Assembly (NCBI GenBank): GCA_963924565.1
Contig: OZ004613.1
Span: forward strand, 4,898,001 to 4,962,000
From: Ascidiella aspersa
Lineage: Eukaryota
Direction of reading: 5' to 3'
Length of the DNA stretch: 64,000 bases
Shown: one piece after another, positions 13,937 to 26,600 of the stretch
How positions within the stretch are numbered: position 1 is the first letter of the stretch
Layout of the letters: the number at the start of each line of letters is the position of its first letter
Program-made: the position numbers and the translations under genes
Notes under the pieces: generated by a model
What the model was told of the DNA's origin: nothing
Seen by the model: only the letters and a program-made list of their open reading frames with translations
Databases searched by the model: none

Positions 13937-16077
13937 ATGAGAAATCCCTTTTACTTGACATGGGCGGTCGTTCTAGCTCTTGGCTTGACAGGATCCGAAG
14001 CGTTGGAGTGTTTGGGGGGTACCAATGCGACCGGTGCAATTGACACCACCTCCGCTTACGTGCATTTCGAGAACCTTACGACCCTGAATTGTGGATCTGG
14101 TGAAAGCTGTGGACGCCTGGAGGCAGACGGGACATTCCTGAACGGTTGGTGGCGAGCGTATGGCAGTGTTGTAATCACTCAAGTCTATGACTTGACTTAA
14201 CTGCACTTAAGATACTATTTTTAAATGACTCAATCTAAGTACAATGTAATAAGAATATCAAAGCCCATACAGAAGTAGGTTACCTACTTCTGTATGGGCT
14301 TTGATATTGTTATTACGTCTTACTACAACCTCCAACCATTATTCTCTAAAGATCTAAGTATACACTTTCAGTAAGTTACTTTTTTCAAATGACTTGAGTT
14401 TTTTTGGGCAAAATTACTTGACATGACTTAGGTCCTTTACACAAATGACTTGGGTTGAAATGAAGTGTTTTTCTTAAATTTTATTTAAAATTGTGCTAAT
14501 TATTATCCACACTTTTGCACAGAAAACAATTTACTTGCTGAATTTTGCATGCTTGGTATTTTTGCAATACGAATCGACTTGGCCAAATTTTTAGAGAAAA
14601 ATGACTTGATTTTGACTTTAGTAGCCACACATTTTTCATTTTTGTTTATTGTTCGAAATTCAAGTTGACCCCAAGTATAATTTTTGCGTATTAAAGATAT
14701 GCCCTTATATTCAGTTAATGGTTCTTATCTACAGCTGTATTTGCGTCATAACTAGGGTTATTGATAACCTTTATCTTTTTCAGCCCATTTTGACATATTT
14801 GCCAACCACTGCAAACAACGCTATTGTTTCAGGTACAAATGCTATCCAGTTTACCAGTTACATCGGACTGTGCGTGACCACCTCGCAATGCGAAGAAGTC
14901 GTTACTCTCTGCTCGCAGCTAAAGGACATTCTGCCTGAGAATGAGAATATAACGTACGTTTCTTGTTCTAATAGTGTCTGCGTTTATGGATGTTGCATTT
15001 TAGAGACAAATAACATTTTATGGCAAACAAAACACACTTGTGTAATACAATGATTGGTGTTTAAATATGTTATTAACGTTGAAAATTAATCTTAAAAAAC
15101 ATAAGCGTGAACAAATACAGCCTTTAGGGTTTTGTTAGTAGAAATGTTTACTCATAAAGTCATTTCTCTTTTAATGGTAAACTTGTTTTTAATGTTTTTC
15201 TTTCTAAATTTATTAAAGTGGTGAACCATGTCTAATATTTTACTTGGCAACTATTGGATAATATTTTACGTTCAGGTTTTGTCAAGCCCAATGTTGCAAC
15301 ACTAGCAGCTGTAATGTTGAGCCTGTAAATACAGCAACAACAACAATCGCAATAGGCACAACTGAAGTAGCAACAACTACAGCAACAGCAACAGCAACGG
15401 CAACAGCAACAGCAACAGCAACGGCAACAGCAACAGCAACAACAGAAACGCTTGGAGGAGCTACAACTACTACGGAAAGCAGTGTAACTGCAGTAGGGTC
15501 GATTGAAAACACAACAACAGAAAAAGTCGCATCACTAACAACAATAAATGGCGTGGCTTTAATAACAGAAGAAGCAACAGCAACAACACAAGCTACAACT
15601 GGAACAGCAACAGAAGAAGCTACTACAGTAGAATCAGCAACAAACACAGATGGTCTAAGTGTACAAACAGACGCAGCAACTACAGAAGTGACAACAGGCA
15701 CAGCAACAATAGCAACTGAATCAGCTACAAATACAAATGTAGCAGCTACAGAAACAACAGCATCAACTGAAACCGAATCAACAGCAACAAACGAGTTACA
15801 GTCAACCACCGCTGCATCCGACCAATCAACAAGCAACTCATTTCAAGCGCAAGCAAGCACAAGTTCTGTCACAACTGCAGTAACTAACAGCTCTACAGCG
15901 ACCAGTTCAAGTAACACCAGCACAGCAGCAGTTTCTTCCACTTTAACTAGCACAACTTCAACTGCTGCCACTAAATCTCAAGCTCCTGTCACTACCACAA
16001 GCTCCTGCAAGCGTCCGCAGCTGTGTGGTATCTTGTGGCAGTTTGCAGTCGCCATTTTTGTTGCCATCGTTTTCTAA
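13937..16077 (+). CDS. Ly6/uPAR three-finger + long Thr/Ala mucin stalk + GPI-type tail, paralog 3 (~376 aa; exons 13937-14144, 14833-14953, 15276-16077)
   Basis: Signal peptide MRNPFYLTWAVVLALGLTGSEA then LEC. Phase 1 and 2 introns. FCQAQCCNTSSCN motif; ~230 aa T/A/S/E stalk including (AT)n; C-terminus GILWQFAVAIFVAIVF*. Confidence 0.88.
14246..14340. mobile_element. Family A derivative: near-perfect ~35-bp-arm hairpin
   Basis: gtaataagaatatcaaagcccatacagaagtaggt-t-acctacttctgtatgggctttgatattgttattac. Confidence 0.8.
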
Positions 16078-17098
16078 ATGTTTATCCCGCAAGTTGGCTT
16101 AAAAACGTGGTTTTGTGCAATATTGGTAAACAAATTTAAACCCTTAATTTTCGTAAATGTAATACTTTTGTTTGTTTGGTTCAGCACTTTCCCTCGAATA
16201 TGTTTTCAAGGTGAAAGTGGTGTTCTCTGCTGTACATGTACATATTAAAAATAGCCTAGTTAGTTTTGTATTTGTTGTACACGTGTTTGCACAATTAGAT
16301 AAATGTTGCATTTTATTGGTTTGTTGTTTGAGTAAATCATCGAAAAATTACTAAATATATCAATTGTGTAAAGTAATGTTTTCCAATGTTTAATAGCAAC
16401 TTTACCCAATACAATAACTATGTATTTTTTCTTGCCTAACTATAATAACATTAGTCTACTAATTGAACCAAAATGACTATTCCTAAGGTTGACAAATTGG
16501 TGTTTTCTTGGCACAAAGCCTAACCGCTGTGTTGACTTCATGATATGTAAAGCCCTGGTCAACATTTTTAATCAGTCCTCTTTTCTGCTCTTGGTATCGT
16601 ATAAAATTGCCATCGCCCGTAAAAATTGGTTTTTATTTTCAAACCTTTGAGCATTCTTACCGTGCATAACGCAATTAACAAATTCCTAAAGGACTGAAAG
16701 CATCACGCAACGTAAGCTTGGTTTTTAGTCTTCCTGTGTGCTTTGTTCTTTCTCGAGTGGCAATCATTACTTAGAAAAACGAATGTTGTTTTCATCTGAT
16801 TTGATTTCAATGTTTTATAGTTCGGCAAAAGGAAATTCGACAAGATTGCAAGGAATAAAATTTCAAAATAAGCCGTTCATTTAAGACTATATATATATAA
16901 CAGTGGTTCTCATAGTAGGACGGTGTTTTTTTTGTAGTGACAGAGCAACGGCATATTCTGATGAAACAGATAGTAGACCTATGGCCTGACATTGTTTTGA
17001 ACAAAAGTAATGCCTATAGTCAACAAAGTCTAAAAAATCACTGCTCTGAAACGAAAGCTAACCGCACCGGAGAGCCAAGGAACACAGACAAAACTCGT

Positions 17099-20000
17099 TT
17101 AATGAGAACCGGAAGGCAATCGAGATGCACTTTCATAACTTGGTAACTTAAGCTTGTGTTCACCATCTTCTAACGAAGCACGTTTCTGCTCCGATTCTGC
17201 CAAATTCCGCTCGCAACCAGTTGGAACCGGTTCTCCCACCAGCTCGTTGTAAACAGGAGGGGAGTCGGAATAACGGTGAGAGCTCAAGTAATCAGCATCC
17301 CAGTGTGGATAATTCTGGATGCTTTGCCCCTGATCCAAAGCCCCAGCTTCTAAGGTGTTGTGAAACACTCGCTCCAGCCATTCCTCAGGCTCTGTAAGCG
17401 CAAAAGAAAATCGTTCAATTGTTCCTTGGCACTTACTTAACCCAAAAGTGGTGTAAATAAATGATCAAAATGATGGTGAACTGTTAATTATTTCGCCACT
17501 GATTGTAAACTAGCACACGTGTGTTTGTTGTTTGATTTTCTTTGGGGAAACATATATCACAAAGAGGAAGTGAAAAACACTGATCTGTTATATAGTGTTA
17601 GGTGATGTACAGGCAAAGCTTAAAGGCCTATTGATTCCACTTGAAAAATGACTCAGGCCAGTTACACTTGGATTCGGGTAGGTCAACTTCAATATTTCAT
17701 TTAAAAATTTTCAGAGGTACATGTATGACAGTTTGAATTCATTCCTTGCTGTTACATGGATTATGATAGCATTTTTAAATATTTATTGACCGACTATATC
17801 GGTTAATATATTATTGCCTTATTCAATGTTAGCTTACTAGGAGTATTTTTAATTTTTTTTGTATAATTCGTTTTTTTACCGGGAGGAATGTTAAGACCCT
17901 TAATTGTGGTACTGAAGTATTTATGTTTCAAAATGATTTCGCTAACACAAGTTCATGAACACAATTTTATCAACCTTAAGTATGGGTAGGCCTACTATAT
18001 TTCAAATAGTAACGTATTTCATAGTAATAAATTGAAATAGTCTTGCTTGAAAAAGTTTTCGTTTATTTAGTTATTGCAGCCCTGCAAACTAAAAAATCGA
18101 ATAGGGGCTCGACGGAGTCGGTTTGTTTTGCTGCAGTCGTTCTTGAGTAAGACTATACGTAAAACTACCGAGTCCCGAGTTCAACGTACGCATCACCAAA
18201 ATTTCGAAACTGATAAGGCCACAAACTGCAAATTTTAAAAGTGCAATAGAATAGTGTAATATTTTCCAACCATGGATTGCGGGTTGATTAAATACATGAC
18301 AACCTCTGAGTTGATTGCTGAATATGTCCACCCTATTTTAATTACCTAAATGTGTGACATACAGACTGTAGAGTCGGAACTGGATTCGAGACTCGACGAT
18401 CGTATTTTATGGCGGGACTCGAACTCGGGAGTTGGACACTGGTTGTTTTCAATCGACTCCGCAACCCTTCCCAGAACTCACCGTTATCGAGACACATCTT
18501 GAACCCGACAATAATCGTCACCATACCGGCCACCAAAAGGACAAGACCACCAAACCAGCTGAGAAGGCTGGCAACTACAATGGCTCCAACTATAGTCACA
18601 CCACCCGAAGACATCATAACGAAAGCTGCTAATCTGCACTTGCGCTGCCTCCTTCGTCCGTTCTGGATCCTATATATAAGTGAGAGAAGTGAGGGAAGAT
18701 TATTTGATAAGTGAGAGAAATAAGATAAGTGAGAGAAAATAGAGGAATTAGAACAGATCCCATATATAATCGAGAAAAGTGTGTTTGTTTTGGGGATACG
18801 ATCAAGGTTTGAGTCATAACTAGTTTCGCAGAATTTCAGGGGCATTAAAATAAGATACATTAAAGCCTATGCGGTTCAATAAGTAATCTGAGTTTTGTTA
18901 AAAGCAGCAACCAGAGAAAAAATAAAAATGATCACAAATACGTATTCAAATATTTAATATATTAAGCGGTTCTATTTCATTTTAGTGTCCACTAGTTACT
19001 GTCCCACTTAAAGTTCTGTCAGTTTTAAAGGTTTAATTTATCTAAGTTTTAAACCCACTATAGTTTCATAAACATTTCAAGATAGACACATTGTATTAAA
19101 CCGTAAATCATTACTTAAGTTCTTATATCAATTTGATATCGTATCGGCACCGATACTACTTGGATCGGTATTATCGGGCGTCAATGAACGCAACCACAAA
19201 CTTACCATTCAACCCCCTTAATCTTACCTTTATAGCAATTGTGGCCCGCAAACCTATTCAGTAATCAGCCCAGGGGTAAAAGGCTTTTGAGTAGAAACCC
19301 AGCATAACACTCCTAGTATAGCAGTGCATAGTTTTGGAGAACAGATCATGGTTTGAGTCGCAATTAGTAATGCAGAATTTCAAGCTAAGTCTTTCACGAG
19401 GTGCAAAGAAAGATTGATTGTTCTAAGCGTTATCTTTGGGGGTAATTTTCCTAACACTAATATACAGCTCTTAATTACACAGAATATCTGGTTCTTAATA
19501 GCACAGTGATAATATCTATATATAAGTGAGAGAAGTGTGTTTGTTTTTCAGATAAGATCGAGGTATCGGATCGATTGCGATACTTTTTAGCGAATTATCG
19601 GACCTCTGCAGCTGTCTTACGCAAAAGCAAAAGATAAACACCACAAGTTCTTACCTGGATGACGCCTGCGTTCGGTTCCGCATCAGTGAATGCGCCCTGC
19701 GTTCCTGACGTTCGGGAGGCACCAGGTTACGCGAGAAGTTGCGCTCGGTAACCGGCGATACGACTGGTAAACTAGAACTCCTCGGCCTGGTTTGACTGAA
19801 ATCCTGCTCGTCCTGATGGTTGTGCTGGTTGTGCTGGTTGTACTGGTTGTGCTGCTGGTTCCGCTGGTTGTTATGCTGGTTCTGATGGTTGTTGTACTGG
19901 TGCTGCTGGTTGTGCTGCTGGTTCCGCTGGTTGTTGTGCTGGTTCTGCTGGTTGTTGTACTGGTGCTGCTGGTTGTTGTACTGGTTCTGCTGGTTGTTGT

Positions 20001-20175
20001 ACTGGTCCTGCTGGTTGTTGTACTGGTTCTGCTGGTTGTTGGATTGGTTCTGCTGGTTGTTGTACTGGTTCTGCTGGTTGTTGCACTGGTTCCGCTGGTT
20101 GTTGTATTGGCTGGTGCTGGATTCTGATTGAGTTTCGGCGCTTCTTATTGCTTGGGCGCCCAGAGCGAAAATCAT
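17099..20175 (-). CDS. Uncharacterised membrane-hairpin protein with N-terminal Q/N-rich heptad repeat and C-terminal PY motifs (~333 aa; exons 20175-19655, 18669-18482, 17391-17099)
   Basis: Donors AG|GTAAGA (19655) and G|GTGAGT (18482), acceptors TATAG| and TTACAG|; phases 2 and 1 join in frame (1002 nt total). Basic RRRQRKCR precedes two hydrophobic helices. SPPVY and LPSY occur in the tail. Confidence 0.78.
19815..20108 (-). repeat. 21-bp coding tandem repeat (~14 units) encoding NNQQNQY-like heptads
   Basis: Plus strand (ctggttctgctggttgttgta)n with variants. Confidence 0.92.
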
Positions 20176-22379
20176 GTTGAAGAACTTGAGTCAAATCTTT
20201 CACGTGCAGCCAAAGGGCATAATTTTAGGCGACTGGATTTTTAAGAAACAGTTTGAGCGTTTCGTTCTAATCTTCAGCACAGTCATGAACAGAATTCCGC
20301 TTTTTACAGTTAAGATACCTACTGTTTAAAACATAGCTCTGCCATTGTTTTTTACAAATATGTGAAAATCTTGAAAGAAATTGAGACCCACAAAATCTTA
20401 GCATTTACATGCAAAAATAAATAAAATGAATTATCGAATGTTGTTTCATTTTTTAAGGCTTTTATTTGCATTTCTAAAAGCAGAAACTTTTTATTAAATC
20501 GATATCCCATCAATTATTCTCCTAAATCGATGTCCTTTTTAAAATTGCAATGTACGATAGGATACGATTAGCTTGCCGACAGGAATTGTCCGGATTAAGG
20601 ATGTTAAACTTTAGAAACTTTCACCAATAACTTGCACTTAGCGAGCATAATCATAAAAAATTGCCAACCTGAAGTTTAAATCTTTAGAACCGACTTAAAG
20701 TTTGATTAATTATATTGATCCTTTTTCTAGAGTTTTATAAATTTTACAAGACGTCTTAATTTTTCTAGAACTAAAGCAAAAGCAGAGATAGTGAAGTACT
20801 ACTACAGTTTAGCGTTTTAACACTAAAGAGCCGTTTAGTGTATTTACTACGTCTTTGCGATAATATTTTAGTGAGCGACTATACGCAATATCCGATTCTA
20901 CGTTTCCTCTTTATAACGTTTCATCCCTTTATACGTCACAATAAGCACAACAGCATTTTGTTTTGAAAGTAAACAACTGAAATCGAAAAAAAGCTCGCAC
21001 CAGACAAGCGATCAATTATTTTGTGCCTTGCTATAAACATTTAACAAGGCAGTAGCAGAAAATTGCTCCAATTTAAGAGTTCTATAGGTATTTTTCAGCT
21101 GGCGACTTTCATAAGGTCATTTAATGCTAAACGTGGCGGCGTAACTGGCAGGCCAAACGAGCTGGAAATGGTTTATTTCGGGCATACCAGTATTTCACTT
21201 TAATTGCTTGCAATCTTTTGTTACATAGTTTTATTTAGGAAACTAGTATTTCTCTTGGATTTATTGCAATTTTTAATACATAGACTTCATAGTTGCACAT
21301 CTTGAAAGGCGTGTGGCATCAATAAACTAAGAAAAATAACATAACTAATCTATGTTTTATGTTTTTTTTTGCCCACAGCGTTTTTTGTTTAAACCTTCCG
21401 TCCATTCAATTTTATGTTGGTCAAGTCCACAATTGGTAGACAAAAATGAAAAAAAAACGAGTAACCAGTTTAGAAGTGCTGATTTAAAGGGCGGCAAATT
21501 TTCATTATTTTTTTTCCATTTTGTTGCCGCATACCACATAGTGATTTTTGCAGTCACTGGTTACCACATAATACAATGTAACTCACAAAAACTTGCTTAC
21601 AGTCAAAGACATTTAAACATACCAAGAAAACACTTTGTTCGCAAGTTAGGCACCACTTACTTTGAGAAACCAGTCACCTTAGAAATTGTGTTTTATTTTT
21701 TTTGTATGTTTATTTCGGGTGGTAATGTTGCTAAACTAAACGAGACGTTATGTTGCTGGAATGCTTCGCAGTTCGCGCTAGTGATTTAATAGAATAATTT
21801 ATAATTTGCTGTTTCGTGCAATACATATAAAATCACAAGGGTAGGCAGGTTTTTCATCACATCGTTTTGATTCTTTAAATCAGCACCGATGTAATGTTAC
21901 ATGCGAGGGTAGACTAGTTTAATGATGGGTTCAAATGAATAAACATTCCTGTTTTATCAAATACGAGGCTTAGCTGCCTTTTTTCAATTTGTTGGATATA
22001 ATTCTTCGAATAAAGTAGCCACAAAAAACACACATCAAAGAGCCACATGTGGTTTGTAAGCTGCAGTTTTCCTACATCTGTAATATCAGCATAGTTAGTT
22101 CCTCTATTCGGTAGACAAAAAGTTTGTGAATGCATTGGATTTTATTAGAAAGAAGATATAAAAGCGAGAGAGCACTACGCCTGCAATTTGAAGAGAATAT
22201 TGTGATCGAATTTAGAATTATTTCAAGGACGCGAAAATATACAAAACAGCCTTTTAAGGACAGCTGAATTGCTTTTTAGACAACTCAGCACCAAAATATA
22301 ATAAACCAAACCATATTTGCTGTGTAACAAAAATAGTTCAACTTGTTATCACGTGACATTATTAACTGTCCGCCTCACT

Positions 22380-22612
22380 TTCTCGATGACGTCACGTTTT
22401 TGCTCAGATGAAGATTACGTCATAGATACGTGACGACAGCAAAAGAGAGATACAGGCCGAGATGCCGATATTCGCGTTAATACTACATTATGCAATAGAA
22501 GCTAAAGCAAGAGATTAAAGAAGATTACGTCATCTAGTTTGACGTCAAGAGTATAGTGACGTCATAATTTTTTACACGGTACGGAAGTCGATGTCAGATC
22601 CGCCTTCGGAAA
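22380..22612. promoter_or_regulatory. Cluster of CRE/ATF-like sites, candidate promoter/enhancer of the Q/N-hairpin gene
   Basis: TGACGTCA at 22387, 22540, 22557; TTACGTCA at 22415, 22524; about 2.2 kb upstream of the - strand ATG at 20175. Confidence 0.35.
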
Positions 22613-23444
22613 CTCTGAAAGGGAAGATAAACATAAAAAAGTTAATTACATGGTGAAACATATATAATATTATGGTATCTAATACCACATTTTTGTTATT
22701 GCGCAAACCGTTATCACAATGGTGAATTTTGAATCAAATAAAATCACTAGAGACTATCTAATCTTAAGTTGCTCTATCGCCAGAATATTTAGTTATATTC
22801 GGTTGTAACTGATTAGTAAAATTTAGTTGATTGTACGATAGTGACCAAATACAATTTGGCTCCATATGGCACACTACGATAGTTTAAACCTTTCGAGAGG
22901 GCTAGGGGCTTGTTAAGGCCCTTGACCCTGAATAATCACCCCTATTAACCCCTTTTTGATGGTTGGTGGTCCTGGTAGCGTTTGGAGCAATCGGACAAGT
23001 CATGACGACAACTATCTCCATATCAAGGTGGCAATCCAACATTACAGACAAAAAACAACGTTGTCTATGAAAATTGTAAATCAGCTGATACATTTTTCCA
23101 ATCTCGACAAAAAAATTAAGCAACCAAAAAAATGAGAAAAATATTGCTGTTTTTTACAAAGGATAAACCAGCTGATACACTTTTCGAAATAAAAAATAAA
23201 AAAATAAAAAGTTATTGCTTGTAGAGTTGTTATATCTAATACGGTATTGTATAGGATTGTTGTGTACGACCTTTTATGACGTATTACTGTGTCTGTATAT
23301 AAGGGTGACTCTTGCATTACTTGATCGTTATTCATTCCTTGTGATCCAAGACGTCGGTGTGCGTTAAAATTATTGTTTTTTAAACAATGGATCAGAAAGC
23401 CAATCGACACAAAAATGCTTTCAACTTTTTAAAACGCTCCCAAT

Positions 23445-23629
23445 TTAAAACTGCAGCCTTCCTGACCTGTATTTGTCGCTTCCCTGGCGCTCAATGATGT
23501 GGTCGCTATACTGCAAGTCCACGTGCGCCCTCCGATTTCGTTGCCAGTATACAACAGCCACAGCCAGGGTGATGAGAAGCAAAACCGCCGCAATTACACC
23601 AACCACGATCGCTGCTATAACGGCTCGAT
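23445..23629 (-). CDS. Giant mucin: alternative terminal TM exon B with cytoplasmic tail
   Basis: Acceptor CTTGCAG|, phase 1; [62 protein letters not shown] possible internal donor at 23467 cannot be excluded. Confidence 0.75.
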
Positions 23630-26600
23630 CTGCAAGTAGGTGAGAGGGGTAAGGTTAGGTTGCTTTACAGCAGGGTGGTCCAACTTCTTTTGGTCCGCGG
23701 GCCTGCAGTTGGACCACGCTGTATTACAGCAAGAGTGGGCAATTGCTTTGACTGGGGCCGCATTAGAGAAAGTGTGTTGGAGAACCGGGTTAAATATTGG
23801 AAAAACACATTTAATTAAGTGTTGCAATTTCCAAAAACTGTATATAGCATTGGTTACTTTACAGCAAGGTGGGCAACTGTTTTGATTGGGGCCGCATTAG
23901 AGAAAGTGTGTTGGAGAACCGGGTTAAATATTGGAAAAACACATTTAATTAAGTGTTGCAATTTCCAAAAACTGTATATAGCATTGGTTACTTTACAGCA
24001 AGGTGGGCAACTGTTTTGATTGGGGCCGCATTAGAGAAAGTGTGTTGGAGAACCGGGTTGAAACCGGGATTGGAAAAACACAATTAGGTGTGAATATTTA
24101 AAAAATGAGCAAAAATCTATATAACATAAGAAAAAGCGGGTTAAAGGGCCGGGTAAACGAAAATCGAATCTATTTAATGAAGTGTGACTATTAAAAACAC
24201 TGGTCGGCCTATATGGCCATGTTTGCGTTAGCAAGACAACGGTTTAAACAGAGGCAGTGCGTTAGAATGCTGGGTTAGAACGGGGATTGGACATACACAT
24301 TAAATGAAGTGCGATTATTTAAAAAAAATATGTAGCCTATAATGTAAGGGCTGTTAATTGTTTTTGAAGGTGGAGAGGTGGAGTGGTGCGTTGAGAAGCC
24401 GGGTTAGTGCGGGAATTGGAAATATACGTGATATAAAGTGTAATTTAGCTTAATAAAATGAATACCAAAGCGGAAAATCGGCATCATCTTGATAAAGTAC
24501 GTTTCGATACGTTTTTGAATTTTTTTAAGTTTAGTCGATTTACTCGACCTTTTTGACTTTGACATATATTTGTAAGCTACTATACAGATCCGTGTAGAGT
24601 ATACCCAAGTATAAAGTATGATTCTGTTAAAACCAAAGCTGTGTCAGCATTGTTTTTCAAACTGGTAAGTTGAGGAAAATGTTAAAGCTTCCTAGCGACA
24701 GTGTTTGGGTTACATTTTGAGCAGAATAAACTTAAATTATACCGTGCGAAAATTAAGTTCCAAAGCGTTTTTGAGTTGGTTGCAAATATGACTTGTGTAG
24801 TCCATTGGCTGTAATATAGCTAAATGACAAAGTCAGGGTAATATATTTGACGTGATTAACTTTTATTAGGAGCAGTTTCTATAGGTATTTAAAAATGGGA
24901 TTTAGATTTCTTTTTTACTAATTTAGTGGGGAATTTAGTTTAAAACTAATGTAATAGTCCATTGACCGTAATATAGCTAGATGGCCTTGAACAAAGTAGA
25001 ACACATGTGTATAAGGAGTATCAAAGTGGGAAGCATTTTGTCAACATTTCGAAAAATTTCTTATTCGTTCTTTTATAAAATCCGTTTTATAATCTACAAC
25101 TTGTTTAAAATGAATAAAATTATTCCAAACGTTTAAAATGCTACCAATTTCATTTCACTTATTACAATCTCCAGCCAAAATGCTCAAAATAGAACACATA
25201 TATTATTTGTTTCTGGTTGACCAAAACATGGTAATATTAGTGGTATAAATGCAACTTATAACGCGGTCGTATTGCAGAACTGAAGACTAATGCATAAAAA
25301 AGCGGCAAAACAAGCACTAAAGTGCAGCAGCACAAACAATGTGAACAAAAGGTAAAGGTTAGTTGGTGAATGTGGGTGAAAGGTCACGGTCAATAAACCG
25401 TTAGTATGTCGAGAATTGAGCCACTTTTCGACTGGTCTGCCCAGTCGCAGTAACACTGCAAAGAAACGAGTCAAAACCATGCAATGAAAGTCTGTTTTGT
25501 CACCGCTCATTGGGTATGGGACAAAAGTGTGCGGATTAGTGCAAATGGAAAGACGTGCTTTTGGTTAGCAGAGTGTGCTTTGGAAACGCTTGCATATATT
25601 TACTTGTACATAGCCAGGGCAATTACGGCTATCAGTATGATAGCTCCGAGGATAACTGCAACGATGAGACCAATAAGAGCTCCGCCTGCAAATTAACAGC
25701 AACAAAAACACGAGTTCACTTGGAAACCTAATGGGTTTTACTTCCGTTTCCGTTTCAACTAAGACCTATTATCAAAGAGGGTCAAATGCAAGACAAAATA
25801 ATAAATTGGTTCTAAGAAATAATTTGGGAATGGGAAAACTTATATAGACAGTATCCATTTTAATGCAAAATATTTTGTCGCTGGTTTGGACTATTATTAA
25901 GGGGTTCCTCAAATCAGAAAATACAGACGACGAATTTTTTCTGCGCTGTTTTATGCAAATATGAAGAAGATCAAAAGTGACGTTAATTCATTCAGTGACG
26001 TAAGTATGTGGATGACGTTGTGTCAAGGCATGCATTTCAGTCAACGGAAGTAAGTTTAATGCACTAACTGATGTTATGAGGGAGAGAATTTTTTTAAATG
26101 TTTTAGAAAGTATATTTGTTGTGGTAAGCGCATCTTACATTAATAATAAAAGTAGTTTTTATTGTTTCCATCATTTATATTACAAAGTGACACGAAACAT
26201 TAACGTTTGTGTTTAATAAGCAAAACAAAATATAGTTTTTTTATTCTTTTGGAAACGCAACAACTACTAAATAATGTAGTAAATATTCTAAAACTTAGTA
26301 AAAAATCTGATATACCCTAACATGTGTAATGCCCTAATTCAAACATAAAAATAAGCAGAGATTTTACAGCCGCACATAAAAGCCGCAATAATACTCCTCA
26401 GCCGAAATCGCTCAAAAACAAACTGAGAAAACAGAACACAACAGCATTTCGCGGTTAGTCCTTAATCCTCTGCATAAGCAAAGATAAAACAACAGAAGGT
26501 AGGTAGGCCATGCGCAATCGTTCTACTTACTTGTGCTTTCGCAACGAGCCCCTTCGTACCACTGAGAGCAGCTGCACCTGGGTCCTTCATTCACTGGGGT

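Noticed and set aside
18342-18481. Extension of the TM exon to a donor at 18346 as implied by the ORF track
   Set aside because: Gives the wrong phase (immediate stop) and overlaps a family B repeat; G|GTGAGT at 18482 fits.
19792-20203. PAEPVQQ repeat ORF (-) and Val/Leu or Trp/Cys ORFs (+)
   Set aside because: Alternative frames of the 21-bp repeat; only the Q/N frame reaches the donor at 19655 in phase with the TM exon.
22902-23123. ORF as a further cytoplasmic-tail exon
   Set aside because: Phase-compatible with a weak donor at 23467, but the peptide is unremarkable and read-through gives a natural stop; unsupported without transcripts.
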